A DNA stretch of 62,842 nucleotides, the filler included, from Rhabdomonas costata (lineage: Eukaryota): assembly GCA_019059605.1 (NCBI GenBank). It is 27 parts of 27 records of this genome, joined end to end, with 100 filler letters (N's around TTAATTAATTAA, not from the genome) between each part and the next. Parts side by side here need not be neighbours in the genome. Positions count along the whole stretch, not along the records: positions 34,986 to 37,217 come from JAHMHO010004669.1; positions 37,318 to 39,561 come from JAHMHO010004670.1; positions 39,662 to 41,888 come from JAHMHO010004671.1; positions 41,989 to 44,215 come from JAHMHO010004672.1; positions 44,316 to 46,538 come from JAHMHO010004673.1; positions 46,639 to 48,860 come from JAHMHO010004674.1; positions 48,961 to 51,191 come from JAHMHO010004675.1; 20 more parts are not named here. One strand, given 5' to 3'. Below are positions 36,347 to 49,307 of the stretch, piece after piece. A program made the translations under genes and the position numbers. Position 1 is the first letter of the stretch, and every line of letters starts with the position of its first letter. The notes below the pieces were generated by a model, which made no database searches, was not told where the DNA came from, and was given only the letters and a program-made list of their open reading frames with translations.

Positions 36347-37319
36347 CCGCGGACGCTTGTACATTTTTCTAAGCCTTAGATAGAAAAGGGAACGACTGGC
36401 GCTTTTTTTGCCAGCCGAATGTATCTTCTTCTTCCTCTGCCGACGAATTTTTTGTCCGCGGTCTTTTTCCCTCTTCCAACTCTCTCTCTCTCTCTTCGCT
36501 CGCTCGCTCGCTCGCACCGCCTTGCTTCGGTGTATGTGCGGCCTGAAGTACTCACACTTGTAGGTGTAGTGCCATCTTTTTTAGCTGGCACCAGTACCAG
36601 TTCCCCTCGGGGAAGAAGGGCACCCCACCCTCCTTCTCCGCCTGTGTGATGCGTTTTTTTCTACTGTTTTCAGGGAGGTGACAAAAGATTTCCTGCCATG
36701 GGGAGTGCTTTCCTCTCCCTTTCTGCTTTGCGAAAGGGCGGAATCAGGGGGCATTTTACCACTGCGACGGGCCAAAGGAGAACCTCACACACACTTGTCT
36801 ATGCGTGAGTGTGTGAACGGCTATGTGCGGTGATAGTGCTGCGCTCGCTGCCCAAACTTTTGGGTAGGTCCCTGCCCAGCTTTTTGCTTTGTGAACCCTG
36901 CTTTGTGTTCCCCCCGCTATGTGTGACCTGTGACAATCACAGGAAAGCGGACAAATGTATATTTCCTTTGTGACCTGTGCTTCTGCAGTTGGGAATCAGG
37001 GGACAGCTCAAATCCAGCTCGCCGAGTCCCATAATTGACTCCCCACCCGCCAAGCGCCAAATAGGCCCTTGCAGCTAGCCAGTAATTTATGGTGTCGAAA
37101 AGACCATACGCCTGCTTTGGCTTCGCCCTCGGCGAACTGAACGTCACAAAAAGTGGGCCGGGTTTCTTTTTACAATTGTATAAAAAGTGCAAGAAAAAAC
37201 AATGTATACAAAACAACNNNNNNNNNNNNNNNNNNNNNNNNNNNNNNNNNNNNNNNNNNNNTTAATTAATTAANNNNNNNNNNNNNNNNNNNNNNNNNNN
37301 NNNNNNNNNNNNNNNNNGG

Positions 37320-37350
<31 letters not shown>

Positions 37351-38114
37351 CGAATGCAATGCGGAGGGCCCACAAGGCACAAAGGGATGCCCGAAAACTG
37401 GAGAGTGGAGAGAAATGAGACAGAGTAAGGTAACCATGCCCTTCCACCAGGAAGGTGGGTCTAAGCCCGGACCCACATGGGCAATAGGGCCTAAAGGGAA
37501 GAAGATATCTCTAAACGCACCAATCGGGGTTCCCAAGGCCCCGCGTACACTGTGGAGTGGGAGTCACATGGGGTAAGTCAACCGAACGTGAAAAGACAGC
37601 GGCAAGCTAGCATGGGCAGACAAGGGCGTGAGGCCGATGGGCCCATGCCCCATCGAAAGGTGGGACTCCGCGAAAAAATCCCAATCCATCCACGCAAAGC
37701 AGTGTGCGTGTGTGCGTGTGTGATTGCGTGCGTGTGTAATCTTAATGGCTGTTTGTATAGCAGCTTCTTTCGCTTTTCAGCCAGCTATACTGATGGTCAC
37801 AACACAACGAAATGAGTTTTTGGCTGGAAACAAACGCGTCTGCACTTGTTACTTTTTATTTTAGAGTAAAATAGTCAATACAAACAACAAAGGGGTAAAT
37901 CTGAAAAGGGAACTGATTTGCAGGAAAGCAAGGGGGCTTTTCCATCATGTGTTTGCTGCCAATGTTGAAGCACTTGCGTACACTCCTTTTCAAGCTAGTG
38001 GTCACCAAAGAGTGGGTTTGAGTTGGTTTTGGTTTGGACTGAGCACCGACGGGAAGTTACATCACCACCATCACTTTCATGATCACTCGGTCTCAATCAC
38101 CGTTCCTGTTTCAG

Positions 38115-39266
38115 GCATGTTGGCTCTGCTGTGTGTACTGGGCAACTTTGTGGGGCTGTACCTGCTGGGCGCCTTCGTGGCCGGGCTGATGTTCAGCCGC
38201 GTGCCCCGCTCACGCTCCATCTTCGAGCGCCGCCTGCAGACGTTGACCAATTTCTTCGTATGGGGCGCCTTCCCCACCCTCTCCTTCACCCTTCCTCTGT
38301 GCGGGGTTTTGTCCTCATTAGCAATGGGAGTGATGAGTGGTGATTTCCGGAGACGCAAGTTGGGAAGGTGTAGTGACGGAAAACTACACTGCGAAACATG
38401 AAAACGGAGGATGCACAGAAAGAATGAGTTGTTGCTGCTTGTATCGATGCGGCTGTGAGACGTGATTTTCGGAGGACTTAGCACATCTGACAGCGCATCT
38501 TGAGTATGGACAGCTGCTTTATGTTTGCGGCTGTTGCCGTTGTGGGCGTTCCAAATGTTTTGGTGTGTGAGTGCACATGTATCTGCATTGTGACGTTTCT
38601 GCCCACTCCTTCAGCTGATGATGTTCTTTGCGGCGACGGTGGGCGGTGCCGTACCGGTTAAACAGCTGTTTGACCCGTGGGCCTTTTTGAAGGTTCTTTC
38701 AACCTTGCAGCCTTCCGAGTTCAACTTCATCTTTCTTTCTACCTCGTACGTGCTCCGGGTGCGTTTGGAGTTTCTTGTTTGCAAAGAGAGTTGCGAGCTT
38801 CTGACATTGCCGGTCGTGCCGCATGCCCCAAAAAGGTCTCAGTGAGTTCCACACGGCTGAATGGTGAAGTCGGGTTTTTCGCGCTATAGTACCTCTGAAA
38901 TGTCGCCCCAATTCAAGCTCAGCTCAAGCTCCATGGATTTGATGTCAAGCGCCAGTTTTTTCTTATTCAGCATGGCAATTTAATCTTCATTTTTTCCCAC
39001 CATCTTCTTTCAAGCTCTCTCATTCTCTTTCTCTCTTTATTTTTGGGTCTCGTTGTTTCGTAAAGCCTTGCTGTGGTGCCTGACACATTTTTTTGGTATG
39101 AGGGTACACCAATAGAGAAAGACGAGCATTGCTTTTGCCCCCCGTTTCAGGGTCTCGTGTGCGCTGTGCTTCCCACGGCACTGACTAAGATCATCGCTGG
39201 GCTCTTCGCGGGGTATGGTCACCGCCTGCTAGTCAGCTGCGCAATGGTCGCCCGTGGGGAGTTCAG
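38115..39266 (+). CDS. CPA2-family cation/H+ antiporter (exons 38115-38257, 38615-38692, 39151-39266)
   Basis: LLGAFVAGLMF, FFAATVG, TKIIAG and AMVARGEF are the CPA2/Kef-like signature helices. Confidence 0.88.
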
Positions 39267-40819
39267 GTTCATCTTGCTATTGTTTCTTTCAACTCTCCTC
39301 TCTCCTCTTATCTGGTGGGGAAATCGGTGAAATCGGGTGTCGCGGTGTGTGTGCAGCTCCAGCGGTGGCGGTGGAGCCCTGGACTTTCTGCAGCTATGAC
39401 TTAAACTTAAATCGGCGCTGGTATGTTGTGTGGCCCCCGAGATTTTGCTGTTATCATGGAACCCATTGGACGCAGAAAGGTGGTCAAAGTGACATTGTGC
39501 TTACTCCTGACAGTCCTTGCAGTGCCAGTCCTTGCCTCCTTTCCCGTGATAACACCAAAAANNNNNNNNNNNNNNNNNNNNNNNNNNNNNNNNNNNNNNN
39601 NNNNNTTAATTAATTAANNNNNNNNNNNNNNNNNNNNNNNNNNNNNNNNNNNNNNNNNNNNAGTTGTTGTGGTTCTTTCTCTTGCCCAGCCGAGAAACGG
39701 AAGTTTCCGAAGGAAACTGTAGAGTAGTCAAAAATAAAACTGGGAGGGGGGAAAGGAAATAGGCCGCCGGGGGTGGACGGATTGTTTTGCAACTTGTGCA
39801 GCTTCGTCAGGCCTCACAGTTCATCGGGGGCGTTTCTCTGATTTGCCTTCAGTCTTAGCGGGAAGGTCGGGGGCGAGCATGGTGCGAATCTTGTTACGTT
39901 GAGCTCCAGCACTTCCTGTTTCAAAGGTGATAGTTTCGAGGCCAAGAGCGCTTGAGTTCAGTTTTTCGGTGGCATTTGGGGTTGCCACTTTTGCTCCTTC
40001 CAGGCTTCCAGGGTTTGATTGGGCATAGGCAGATCCAGAGTCTAGACCGGTGTGAAGGTGTGAAGGTTACCCTTGCTTCCACCGCAGAAAAAAGGACTTT
40101 GTCAAAACGTCAACCTGGACACAAAGCAGTCAAGACACGGCTTCTGTTCTCAACTTCCTTCACAACGGAGTTTACATAAAGAAAAAAGCCAAAAAAAAAC
40201 ACGCCCCCAACTCCTTGCCCCATGCAAGGTCATATACAAGAAACTTCCTCCCACCAATAAAGTCAAGAATAGTAAGACTTTCTTTTTCAGATTTGGTCAG
40301 CTGCCATGGAAATGGCGGGACAGCCTCGGGATGAAGCAACCCCCACGCCAGAAAACCCCTCACCTAGGGTCAGAACATCGCGTAGGGGTCACCAGCCGTC
40401 AGAGAGCCCCCCCCACATGGACAGTCGACGGCAGGTCGCAATCACCTCCTGCTTGTCGAAGCCCCCCTCCACCATCGGTTCCCTGAAACATCTCGCTTTT
40501 AAATCCTTTTTGTGCTATTTCTGAGGCAATGAAGCAAGAAGATGGGAGCATAAAAGGGCTTTTCGAACTTCTCCCGATCCGCAAGAACAACAGACACACA
40601 TTCTCCCAGCCGGAGAAGCAAACGTCGACGAAGTGGAAGACAAGCGGCGAACTCGGTGCGCTGGGCTTCATGCTTCAGCATGGGTGCGAGGCAATGCATC
40701 TTGTTGGCGCGAGTCACAGCTTCCTTCCGATCAGTGTCTTGAACTGAAGACAGTAAGGGACGAGAACTCTTCACAAGCATGGCAGCAGCCAAAGTCGCTG
40801 GGAGTTCGAAGGGGTTCGC

Positions 40820-40821
<2 letters not shown>

Positions 40822-40860
<39 letters not shown>
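40822..40860. repeat. (CA)n microsatellite
   Basis: About 19 perfect CA units. A similar (GT)n run lies at 37320-37346. Confidence 0.95.
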
Positions 40861-40862
<2 letters not shown>

Positions 40863-41583
40863 CGCTCGCCCAAGGGGCACAAGCCGCCTGTGGCAATGAA
40901 CGAAGCCTCCTGTGCAACCACGCACAGCAGAAAGGTCACTCGTAGAGTTCATCGCGGCGCTCACGGAGAGGAGAGAGATTAGCCGCATATTCGCTGGGGA
41001 GGAACTCCATTTCAAAAAAAAAACGGGCGGCATGTGGTCTTTCCCCCCGTGAGCAAAAGGCTTGGGATGAGAGTGGGACAATATCACAGAATTCCAAAGT
41101 GAACACTGCAAAAGAGGTTGGTTGCACAGTGGGGTACGTGCATCTATCTTGCCCACTGAGACCAGTAAACAGCCCCCGGTGATGCGCAGAACCCGCAACC
41201 GTGATTTGTATAATATTTTGACGCTGATTACGGTTCCCCACCACCCCGTTGACTTGAGCCGCACAAACGGTCACAGCTCGTCAAACACAACCAACTTCGT
41301 CACAATTCGAAGGAGTGCAAATCAAGCAAGACAACTCTGCAACAACCATACGCATACTGGCCGTGCCCATTTTGCGCCTGCGGAGACCGAGAATTCAAAA
41401 CTGCAGATAAATGGCATGATGGCATATAATCGCAATTACCAAACCCTGGGAGCGCAAGTGCTGAACCCAGTTCCACGCATGAATCCAAGGTGCAGCCCTC
41501 AAAATGTACGTCACTGAAGACGGCAACTGGCACAAAGCCCGACTGTGAAAAAACGGTGAAGTCAATAGACCAGTCAGCACCCC

Positions 41584-41860
41584 TCACTTCTTCTTTCGCC
41601 CTCGCTTGTTGGAGGACTTGGGCTTCGACTTGGACTTTGGGGCTGGTGGCCGCGCCTTCCCCTTTCCGCTCTTCCTAGACTTCCCACTGCCCTGACCATG
41701 GCCATCGCCCTCAACATCATCATACCCCTGCATCTCCTCCGCGTCCGAACCGCTACCCTCACTTGCGGAAGAGTCACCGAGAATGTCATCCAGGTCTTCG
41801 ATGCTGAGTTCCTCTCGGGTAAGGATGTTGCCGTCGCCCTCCAGGGGATCCGGCCCGCTT
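41584..41860 (-). CDS. C-terminus of an acidic/basic-tailed, probably nuclear or nucleolar protein (absent from the ORF track)
   Basis: Open frame PDPLEGDGNILTREELSIEDLDDILGDSSASEGSGSDAEEM...KSKSKPKSSNKRGRKKK*, ending at TGA 41584-41586. Confidence 0.65.
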
Positions 41861-41988
41861 CCCCGTCCCCGCTTCTTATCTGCCCACTNNNNNNNNNNNN
41901 NNNNNNNNNNNNNNNNNNNNNNNNNNNNNNNNTTAATTAATTAANNNNNNNNNNNNNNNNNNNNNNNNNNNNNNNNNNNNNNNNNNNN

Positions 41989-43212
41989 CACGATGTCCAC
42001 CAGGTGGACAACCACCCGGGGCTCCACCTCCGCGACCGTGCGCTGGTCGCAAAGCACAGAGAGACCAAGGGCTTTCGCGTGCTTTGCCATGAAGAAGGCC
42101 AGGTTGACCTACAAAACGAGCCCAGACTCAGAACAACCAAAGCAAAAACCGCCATTGCTGAGCAATCAACGTACGCCCACCATTCCTGCGCGACAGACAG
42201 AATTCTATTTGCCTTTTGGATCTTTTGGGTTCACCGAAAAGTTCCCGTTGATTTGCTGGTGTGAAGAGCACACAAATGCAGGCGGCCCTGAGTGCACTAT
42301 TCTTCTGGCACCGAGTAGGTCCACAGCATGCTCGAGGTGAAGCAAAGAAACGACCAGACGCGATCAGCCAAGCGAGTGTGCCTGATGCTCGTAGATGACA
42401 GGATGACGGAGACTTTGCCCCGCAACATCATCGGTATTATTGGGACTTACCCCAGTTGTCCGCCCAATCCGGAACATTGCCGCAGAAGAGAACTCATCGA
42501 GGGAAGGCATGCCCATTGCACATCTTCTTTGACTTAGAGACAGTTGTGTCTGTTCGTTTGTGGTTGTGTATGTTGGTGCAATATAAAGACAGAGTAGAAA
42601 CACACACACACAAATGTCAAGGAGCAGTGGAAGTGCGTGGAGAGCTGCACTGGAGCATTTCGAGCATTTCGCTTGGGCTCAAGTCCAGTCTTTCAGCTTT
42701 GTTAGAGCGACCTTCGAAACTTGCGAATCTTGAAAAATTGACGACTGGAAATAGGTTTGATTGAAGGCGTGTCGAGGAATGGTATTCCTGCGGCGCTCTA
42801 CGGGGGAATGTCTACGAGTAAACCTGGCAAGGTCCGGTCCTGTATTTCCCTCCACGATGCCACGGTACCAATGAAGGACACCTATATCGAATGACAATCA
42901 ACAGAAAGATAGCCTTTTTTGCCTTCACCACTGCAACCACTGCACAACGTGGCACAGCTCCACCCCAGGCCGAAGGACGGGGGGTGGATTGAGAGGGGGA
43001 GAGACGACGCGTGGCATGAGAAGGAGCGGGCCGGTGGGGTCAACCACGCTGCCGAAAACTTGGAAGCCCTTCAGCCTCTCTGTGCCGACATTGCCGCAGG
43101 TCACCGCTCCACACGCCACAGCGACGGTGCACTCGACGTCCTCCTCGTCCTCCAGGGGCAGAGCCGAGGCGATCTTGAGCGCAGCTTGGCAGGCCTTGAC
43201 TTGGTGGCCAGC
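41989..43212 (-). CDS. Class III adenylate/guanylate cyclase catalytic domain (exons 43045-43212, <41989-42108)
   Basis: HQVKACQAALKI...VAVACGAVTCGNVGTERLKGFQVFGSV|VNLAFFM. The GNVG...K...VFGxxVNLA signature is restored by a GT-AG splice. Confidence 0.85.
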
Positions 43213-43288
43213 CTAGGATACAGTTAGGGATAAGAAATAGTTGAGTGGGCTAGCTTAAAGCAGGTCATTCTAGCATTAGGTGGGTGCG

Positions 43289-43383
43289 GATGTCCTTCAT
43301 TGGGTTGCGGCACCTGGAGATGATGTCCTTCATTGGTTTGCGGCCCCTGGAGATGATGTCCTTCATTGGGTTGCGGCACCTGA
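43289..43383. repeat. 33-bp minisatellite, about 3 copies
   Basis: Unit gatgtccttcattgggttgcggcacctggagat; the second copy has 2 substitutions. Confidence 0.95.
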
Positions 43384-45669
43384 AGCGTAGGCTCTTCCTC
43401 AGAGCCTTCCAAAACAGACTTGACAATAGAAGAGCCGCCGCCCAAGCACACCTCCAGCAGAAGGCACAAAAGAACCCATTTTGACCGAATCCAAGGAGCA
43501 ATGAAAAGACATCCGAAAAATGCATACCTGCCGCGTGACGCAGTTCCAATGACACAGCACCTTGTCACCGATACACTTGTCCACCACCCCTTGGAAGTCC
43601 TTCACTCTCTGAGCAAACAGAGAAGCACGCTCCCACTTAACAGCCCGCCACTGCAAAACAACATAACAGCGGCTACACTGTATCCAAAGTTGAAAACCGC
43701 ATTTTCATGTCAAACGCTATTTACAGCGGTGGGCCCCGTGGCAGCCGAAGCCAAGGGGAACGTGTTTCGAAGCCTTTTGTTCACGGAGAGCAGCTGATGG
43801 CAGGCGAATGGCATCTGACAGAAGCAGGCCCAAGCCCGCGTGATTCCAACGCTTTTGGAAGAGTGACAAGCAATGAGCAGCGTCCTGTGGATAGGGCTAT
43901 TTAGGGCCACACGCAAAACTCCATGCAATGGCCACTAGTCGCACGGGGGAAAATGCGGTGCAGGCGGGCTGCTGCGCAAACCACTCCACCGACCTAACAT
44001 CAGGACATCCTTCCCACACATGCACGCAAAGACACCTCTGCGGCAGTGAAGGAGAAGCAGAACCAGGCGTCCGCAAAAAAAGCAATGAATAAATCACATA
44101 CCTCAGCCACAAGGGACAGAAACGAAGCGTAAACTTCGGTGGGCCCCCGGAGGTTGGCGGACAGCTTCAAATTGAACCCTGAAAGAGCAAAGGTGTGGAT
44201 GGGCAGGTCAAAAACNNNNNNNNNNNNNNNNNNNNNNNNNNNNNNNNNNNNNNNNNNNNTTAATTAATTAANNNNNNNNNNNNNNNNNNNNNNNNNNNNN
44301 NNNNNNNNNNNNNNNGTGACCTCATCCATGCTACTGGAATTCCTTTTGAAAGATTAAATTCTGATCCTGGGTGGACCCGAGGCACTGGAGTCTTTTTATG
44401 CATCCCGTAGCTTGCCCTCCTGGACCTAGCAGGAGATGTGTCCCCACCTCTCTTCAGCACCTCCTTGACTCTCACCCACAGCTTGGCCCTTCCCATTCTC
44501 CTTTCCCTTCTAGTGCAGCTCTTAGCTTGTGTTCTGCAGTGCTACATTCCTGTTGCTGCTTGACACTGGGCATTGGTAGGGCGTCCCCTTGCACCTGCGC
44601 TTGGAAAACAACCTTTTCAGCCCTTTTTCAGCACACCCCTCCTCAGAAAAATTGGCAGCAAGGTCAACGATGAACTCTCACTCCCTCCTAACTGTGCTGC
44701 CTGCTGCTGCGCTGCAGTGCTGGTAAACTGCCCACATCTTTCCGTTGGGAGCACTCGGAAGGGTTGCCTGTCACGGGTTTTGGCTCGCCCTGGCACCCCC
44801 CCTCCAAGTGTGGTGGACAAAAGGCGACCAGATCTACTGGCTTCTTTCTTGGGGATCGTGGGGAAAGGGTTGTGGTTATTGTCTCTCCCCTGCCTTTATA
44901 CCCATTCTGGGGCAGCCCTGAAGGAGAAAGCACTGTGCCTGCCTGTTGCATCCAATCCGACACTCGCTTGCCCAGTGGTCTTTCTTGTGGGTCTGAACAG
45001 GGCAGCTCTATCAGAAGAGAAACCGCCGCTGACTTGCCACAGAGCTTTGCCACAGATGTGCTTCTGGCTCTTGTGCACGAGTGAGCGAGCACAGAAACCT
45101 AACACGTCTTGTGCCGTATCTTGTTCATGCTGTAGAGATTCGCTCAAAAAGCCACGGACAACTTCACGCATCAAGAAGTACCCTCTGTCCTCTGAGTGCA
45201 ATGCCGTGAGATCCGCCCCCCCAACAGTCCTATGTTATCAAGGCTCACACGAAATTCGGCTTGTGCCGGCAGAAAGGGTTTTTCAACTGTCCAACGGCAC
45301 CCGTACCGTCGGCACCACCTGCATAAGCTTTTGTGGCAGTGTGGCGGTATGCTCCTGCTTCTTCTCTCGCTGGATGGATCTGTTTTGCGGATGGGGTGCT
45401 TCCGGGCTTGTCGGAGATGTGGTGCATCGCTGCTGCTCTCATTCATCCCTGAGACTGTACTTTGCAGGCCTTCTTCCCCTTTCGCGCCACGGGCTCTGCC
45501 AAGTTCTGCAGAGTCTGTGAAATTGGGTGTTGGGTTGTGGGCCGAGGAATGGCCCCCTCTTCCCTCCTTCTCCCTCGGCCGCAACTATTGGTTGTCCATA
45601 CGCTGTGGAGCTTCCGCTGGGGGATGTGGCCTTTGCGTGTTGCATTGTCACTTTTCTGTGCATTCATAG

Positions 45670-45891
45670 GATTCGAAGCAGCGCACTGTGCCCTACTGCG
45701 TTGCCGAGACTGGCGAATGGGAGCTCTTCCTGAAAATTTCGGCCCGTGCAGTGGAGCTTCAGCTGGACCTCTCGGCGGCCAGCGACAAGTCCTGTGGAGA
45801 GAATACAGTGCTCCTCCTGGCGGTGCAGAAGAGCGCCCCCTTTGCCGTTGTGGAGAAGCTGATCACCTTGGGTGCCCCGGTCACCGCCAAG
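45670..45891 (+). CDS. Ankyrin-repeat protein exon
   Basis: 74 codons between catag and GTAATT: RTVPYCVAETGEWELF...GENTVLLLAVQKSAPFAVVEKLITLGAPVTAK. Confidence 0.75.
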
Positions 45892-46022
45892 GTAATTGAT
45901 GCTGTCCCACCACCAAAAGGAGAGGGAGCCTCCGCTTATGTTGTCATGCTAAGAAGGGATGTGCAGGCTCTAGGACATGGTGTAGAAGCACAGTGGGGCT
46001 TTGAGAAAATTCCGGATTGCCA

Positions 46023-46527
46023 GAGTCAGATTGGTGGCGAGGTTGGCCTGCAGTATCGCTTTCTGGAGAGCCGCTGAACATTGAATGCGGAAATCGCAAT
46101 GGCTTGGCTCCTGTGCTGTTTGCCATTTGGGGATACCCTTTCAGGCACAACAGACACGACCCGATAACCTGTGATAAGGGCGCGGCCAATCTTTGGGGTG
46201 GGATGTGAGGTTTAACGGTATAACGCCGTTATACCGATTGACTAAACCAATGTGACCCGGTCAGGTGACATGCTTCGCGTTGACGTGTATCGCCACGTAA
46301 AACCGAATGTTACCCCCCAGATACAACGTCCCCGCTGACTTGTTGGCTATAGCCCAACAAGGAATAAGCTCCCACCAACTATTATAACCAACAGGAAAGA
46401 CCGCGGAAAGGGTACCCCCAAATGGCAAACAGCACAGGAGCCAAGCCATTGCGATTTCCGCATTCAATGTTCAGCGGCTCTCAGCGGAAAGCGATACTGC
46501 AGGCCAACCTCGCCACCAATCTGACTC
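46023..46527. mobile_element. MITE/foldback-like element with ~120-bp terminal inverted repeats
   Basis: 46023-46142 is the reverse complement of 46406-46527 apart from a small indel and a few substitutions. The ~260-bp interior is non-coding. Confidence 0.75.
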
Positions 46528-47550
46528 AACCAACCCACNNNNNNNNNNNNNNNNNNNNNNNNNNNNNNNNNNNNNNNNNNNNTTAATTAATTAANNNNNN
46601 NNNNNNNNNNNNNNNNNNNNNNNNNNNNNNNNNNNNNNTGTGTGGGGGAGAAGCAAAGGACCACATCCCAGCCCAGAGGGTGGGGATAGGCCACGGAGGA
46701 AGACGAGGAGGTGTGTGTGGGGGGTGCTTGACAGCGTATTACAGAAGGCTGGCAGGTGACATAAAGGCAGCCGCCAGCGAGAATCGTAGGTCAGTGGCTC
46801 AGATATCACGTAGTTGCACCTGAAGTGGGTCATAACAGAAGTGACCCATATCAGAAAAGATATCTGCAGAACTTGTGCGTATGTGCGTGTGGGAAGAGGA
46901 AAGAAGGTCCCCGAAATGGGGACGCGAGTCGGTGGGTGGGATATAAACAGGTCTCGGAGCCCATTTTCTGAACGCTCCGAAAGAGAAGCAAATGTCAAGG
47001 CGGGCAAGGTGCGCTTTTTCCTCCCACACAAAAAGTAGGTAGTTTAGAAAGTGGTGTCCAACGTACACACACAGTACACACACACACCACACATGCACCC
47101 GAGCTACGAAACAACATACTCTGAAAAACAACCCACAAACCAAACTTGGATACTACCCTGGTAATCGGTACTTTTTCGGTGTCATACGTTCCGGCTTCAC
47201 TGCACGACGACAGAGACAGAGCTCAAATTCCACAAAGAAGAATGAGTGTGCTTCAGGGTACTGTGGGACGACTGTGGTGGGGCGGGCGTATCGAAGATAA
47301 GGGGTGAAACTTAGTCGAGGCTACTCACGTGCTCGTGATACAACTGCATGCCTCGTAAATGTCACGTATGTATGCGTATGTGTGTGCAGGTGTCTGGGTT
47401 TTGGCCAACATCCAACACAAAGACGCACTCTATGGTCGATTGCCACGACCAGGGGTTGCACGTACAGTGGCGTGTAGGTCTGTCCGTCCGACAGACTGTG
47501 AGTAACTGTGTGTGTATGTGATCGTTGTAATGTGGCTGTGCCCATTATAC

Positions 47551-48307
47551 GAAGGCCAGGGGGCACAGCGGCGGAAGCTGCGCCCTCACCACCCCGGCCA
47601 GGTCCCCCACCACGGGATGGGCGAAGAGCTCGGCCAAGCCCAGGCTCAGCCCAAAGCGGGCGTTCAGGCGGACCATTAGCGAGCTCGCCATCAGCGAGTC
47701 CCCCCCGGCTCCGAAAAAGCTGTCGTTCGGGCCCAGGTGTGCCGCACCCAGGACCTGCATAACACAGGTTATTCATGAATGGGAGCGGGGGGAAACGGCG
47801 CCCCCCTCCACCCGTCCTCACACCCCTTAGTAGCTGTTGTTCTGAAACTGAATTGTACACGCCATCAGCAACCGCAGAGAGGGAAGGACCGAGAGCTGCG
47901 GTCAGGGTGATAAGATATTATAAGCAAAGAGAACAAACCGGCACCGTTCACGACAAAGCGGACGGCCGCAGCAGCGCACGAGCAAGTAGGAGCGGCTCCA
48001 ACGGGGAAGAGCACGAGAGGGGGGTACCAACCTCGCAGAACAGGGCCTTGACCTGCTCCACCACGTCTGCCTCGGTGCGGATTCCGCGGGGCAGCTTGCT
48101 TCCACCTCCTGCCAGTTCCCGGGGCGCGGTGGGAGTGTCCGCTGGTGGGCCGGCGGAGGAGGCCCCGGTGGGAGTAGAGGGGGGGCTGCTGCTGCCCAGC
48201 GAGGAGGCCTGGGAGTGGGAGGAGCCCTTCTCCGTAGTGCTGGCCGCTGAGCCTCCACGGAGCCACAGCTTGGCCTTTTCCTGGAGGTCAAACCGGCTGA
48301 CAATGAC
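47551..48307 (-). CDS. Phosphopantetheine carrier (PCP/ACP) domain of an NRPS/PKS-like synthase (exons 48032-48307, ~47551-47754)
   Basis: EQVKALFCE|VLGAAHLGPNDSFFGAGGDSLMASSLMVRLNARFGLSLGLAELFAHPVVGDLA, with the GGDSL attachment serine, preceded by an S/P/A-rich linker. Confidence 0.9.
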
Positions 48308-49307
48308 CTGAGAGAGCGGACGCGTATTTATCGAACACAGCAGGAGGTGGGAAGGGATGGTGGCTGGGAAGAGAAAACCCCACAGGGGTTCAGGTTCTGC
48401 TTTTGAAAAAGAATAGGAATCTAACACATCCGTGAGCCTGGCGGCACTCGGAAGAAAAGACGATGATGATGGTATGGGAAAGGGGAACTCAACGAAAGAG
48501 AGAAATAGCCACCAAGAGCATCCTGAAAGACTCCGAAAACCGAAAGTCATATCTAAACACAGCACCTCCGCGGTGCAATAGCGTTGGGCAGGGTGGTATT
48601 CATAATTTCCGGAGTTAACTAATCCCCAAACCCCCAGCAACCAGGATCTTGCGCCGGACAGGAATGGAAGCTCCGCATTGATGAGGGAGGCGCTGTAATA
48701 CTTCATCTCGATACAGCAACGTTCGGGTGCTCATCCGCATTGCTGGTGAGAGCACCACGTAAACCTTTCAGTCCTGAACTGCTCTCATGTGCGTCAGGCT
48801 GTCTCCAAAACACTGCTGCGAGGAAAACAAACATCAGTTGGGGGTGGTTAGTGACCTGGGNNNNNNNNNNNNNNNNNNNNNNNNNNNNNNNNNNNNNNNN
48901 NNNNTTAATTAATTAANNNNNNNNNNNNNNNNNNNNNNNNNNNNNNNNNNNNNNNNNNNNCATTTGTTATATTTTTTAGGGTTTGTAACTGTAACAATGT
49001 TATCAAATTGTATCTGTAATTTGCTAATTTATTATGAATATATATTTCTTTTTATTATATATATTATTACTATTATTTTTATTGAAAATTTATATTTCTA
49101 ATTTATTGTAAATATTTTTATATAAACTGTCTTTTCTTTTTTATAAAATTAATTTCACAAACAAGAAAAAAGCAGTAGCCAATGGCACTAGCAAAACACA
49201 CAAAAGTCAGTAGCTCAGCATGACGCACACGAGCAGTGGCTGGCCCAGCACGAAGAGGAAGAGGAAGAAGAGGAAGAAGAAGGAGAGCCGCCTCACAGAC
49301 GAATACG

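Noticed and set aside
43289-43383. 33-bp repeats as a CRISPR array
   Set aside because: Head-to-tail units with no unique spacers, eukaryotic intron context, and no cas genes.
44573-45520. 315-aa ORF as a real gene
   Set aside because: Cys/Leu/Ser-rich translation lacking host codon bias or any motif, with a non-ATG start; probably a chance ORF.
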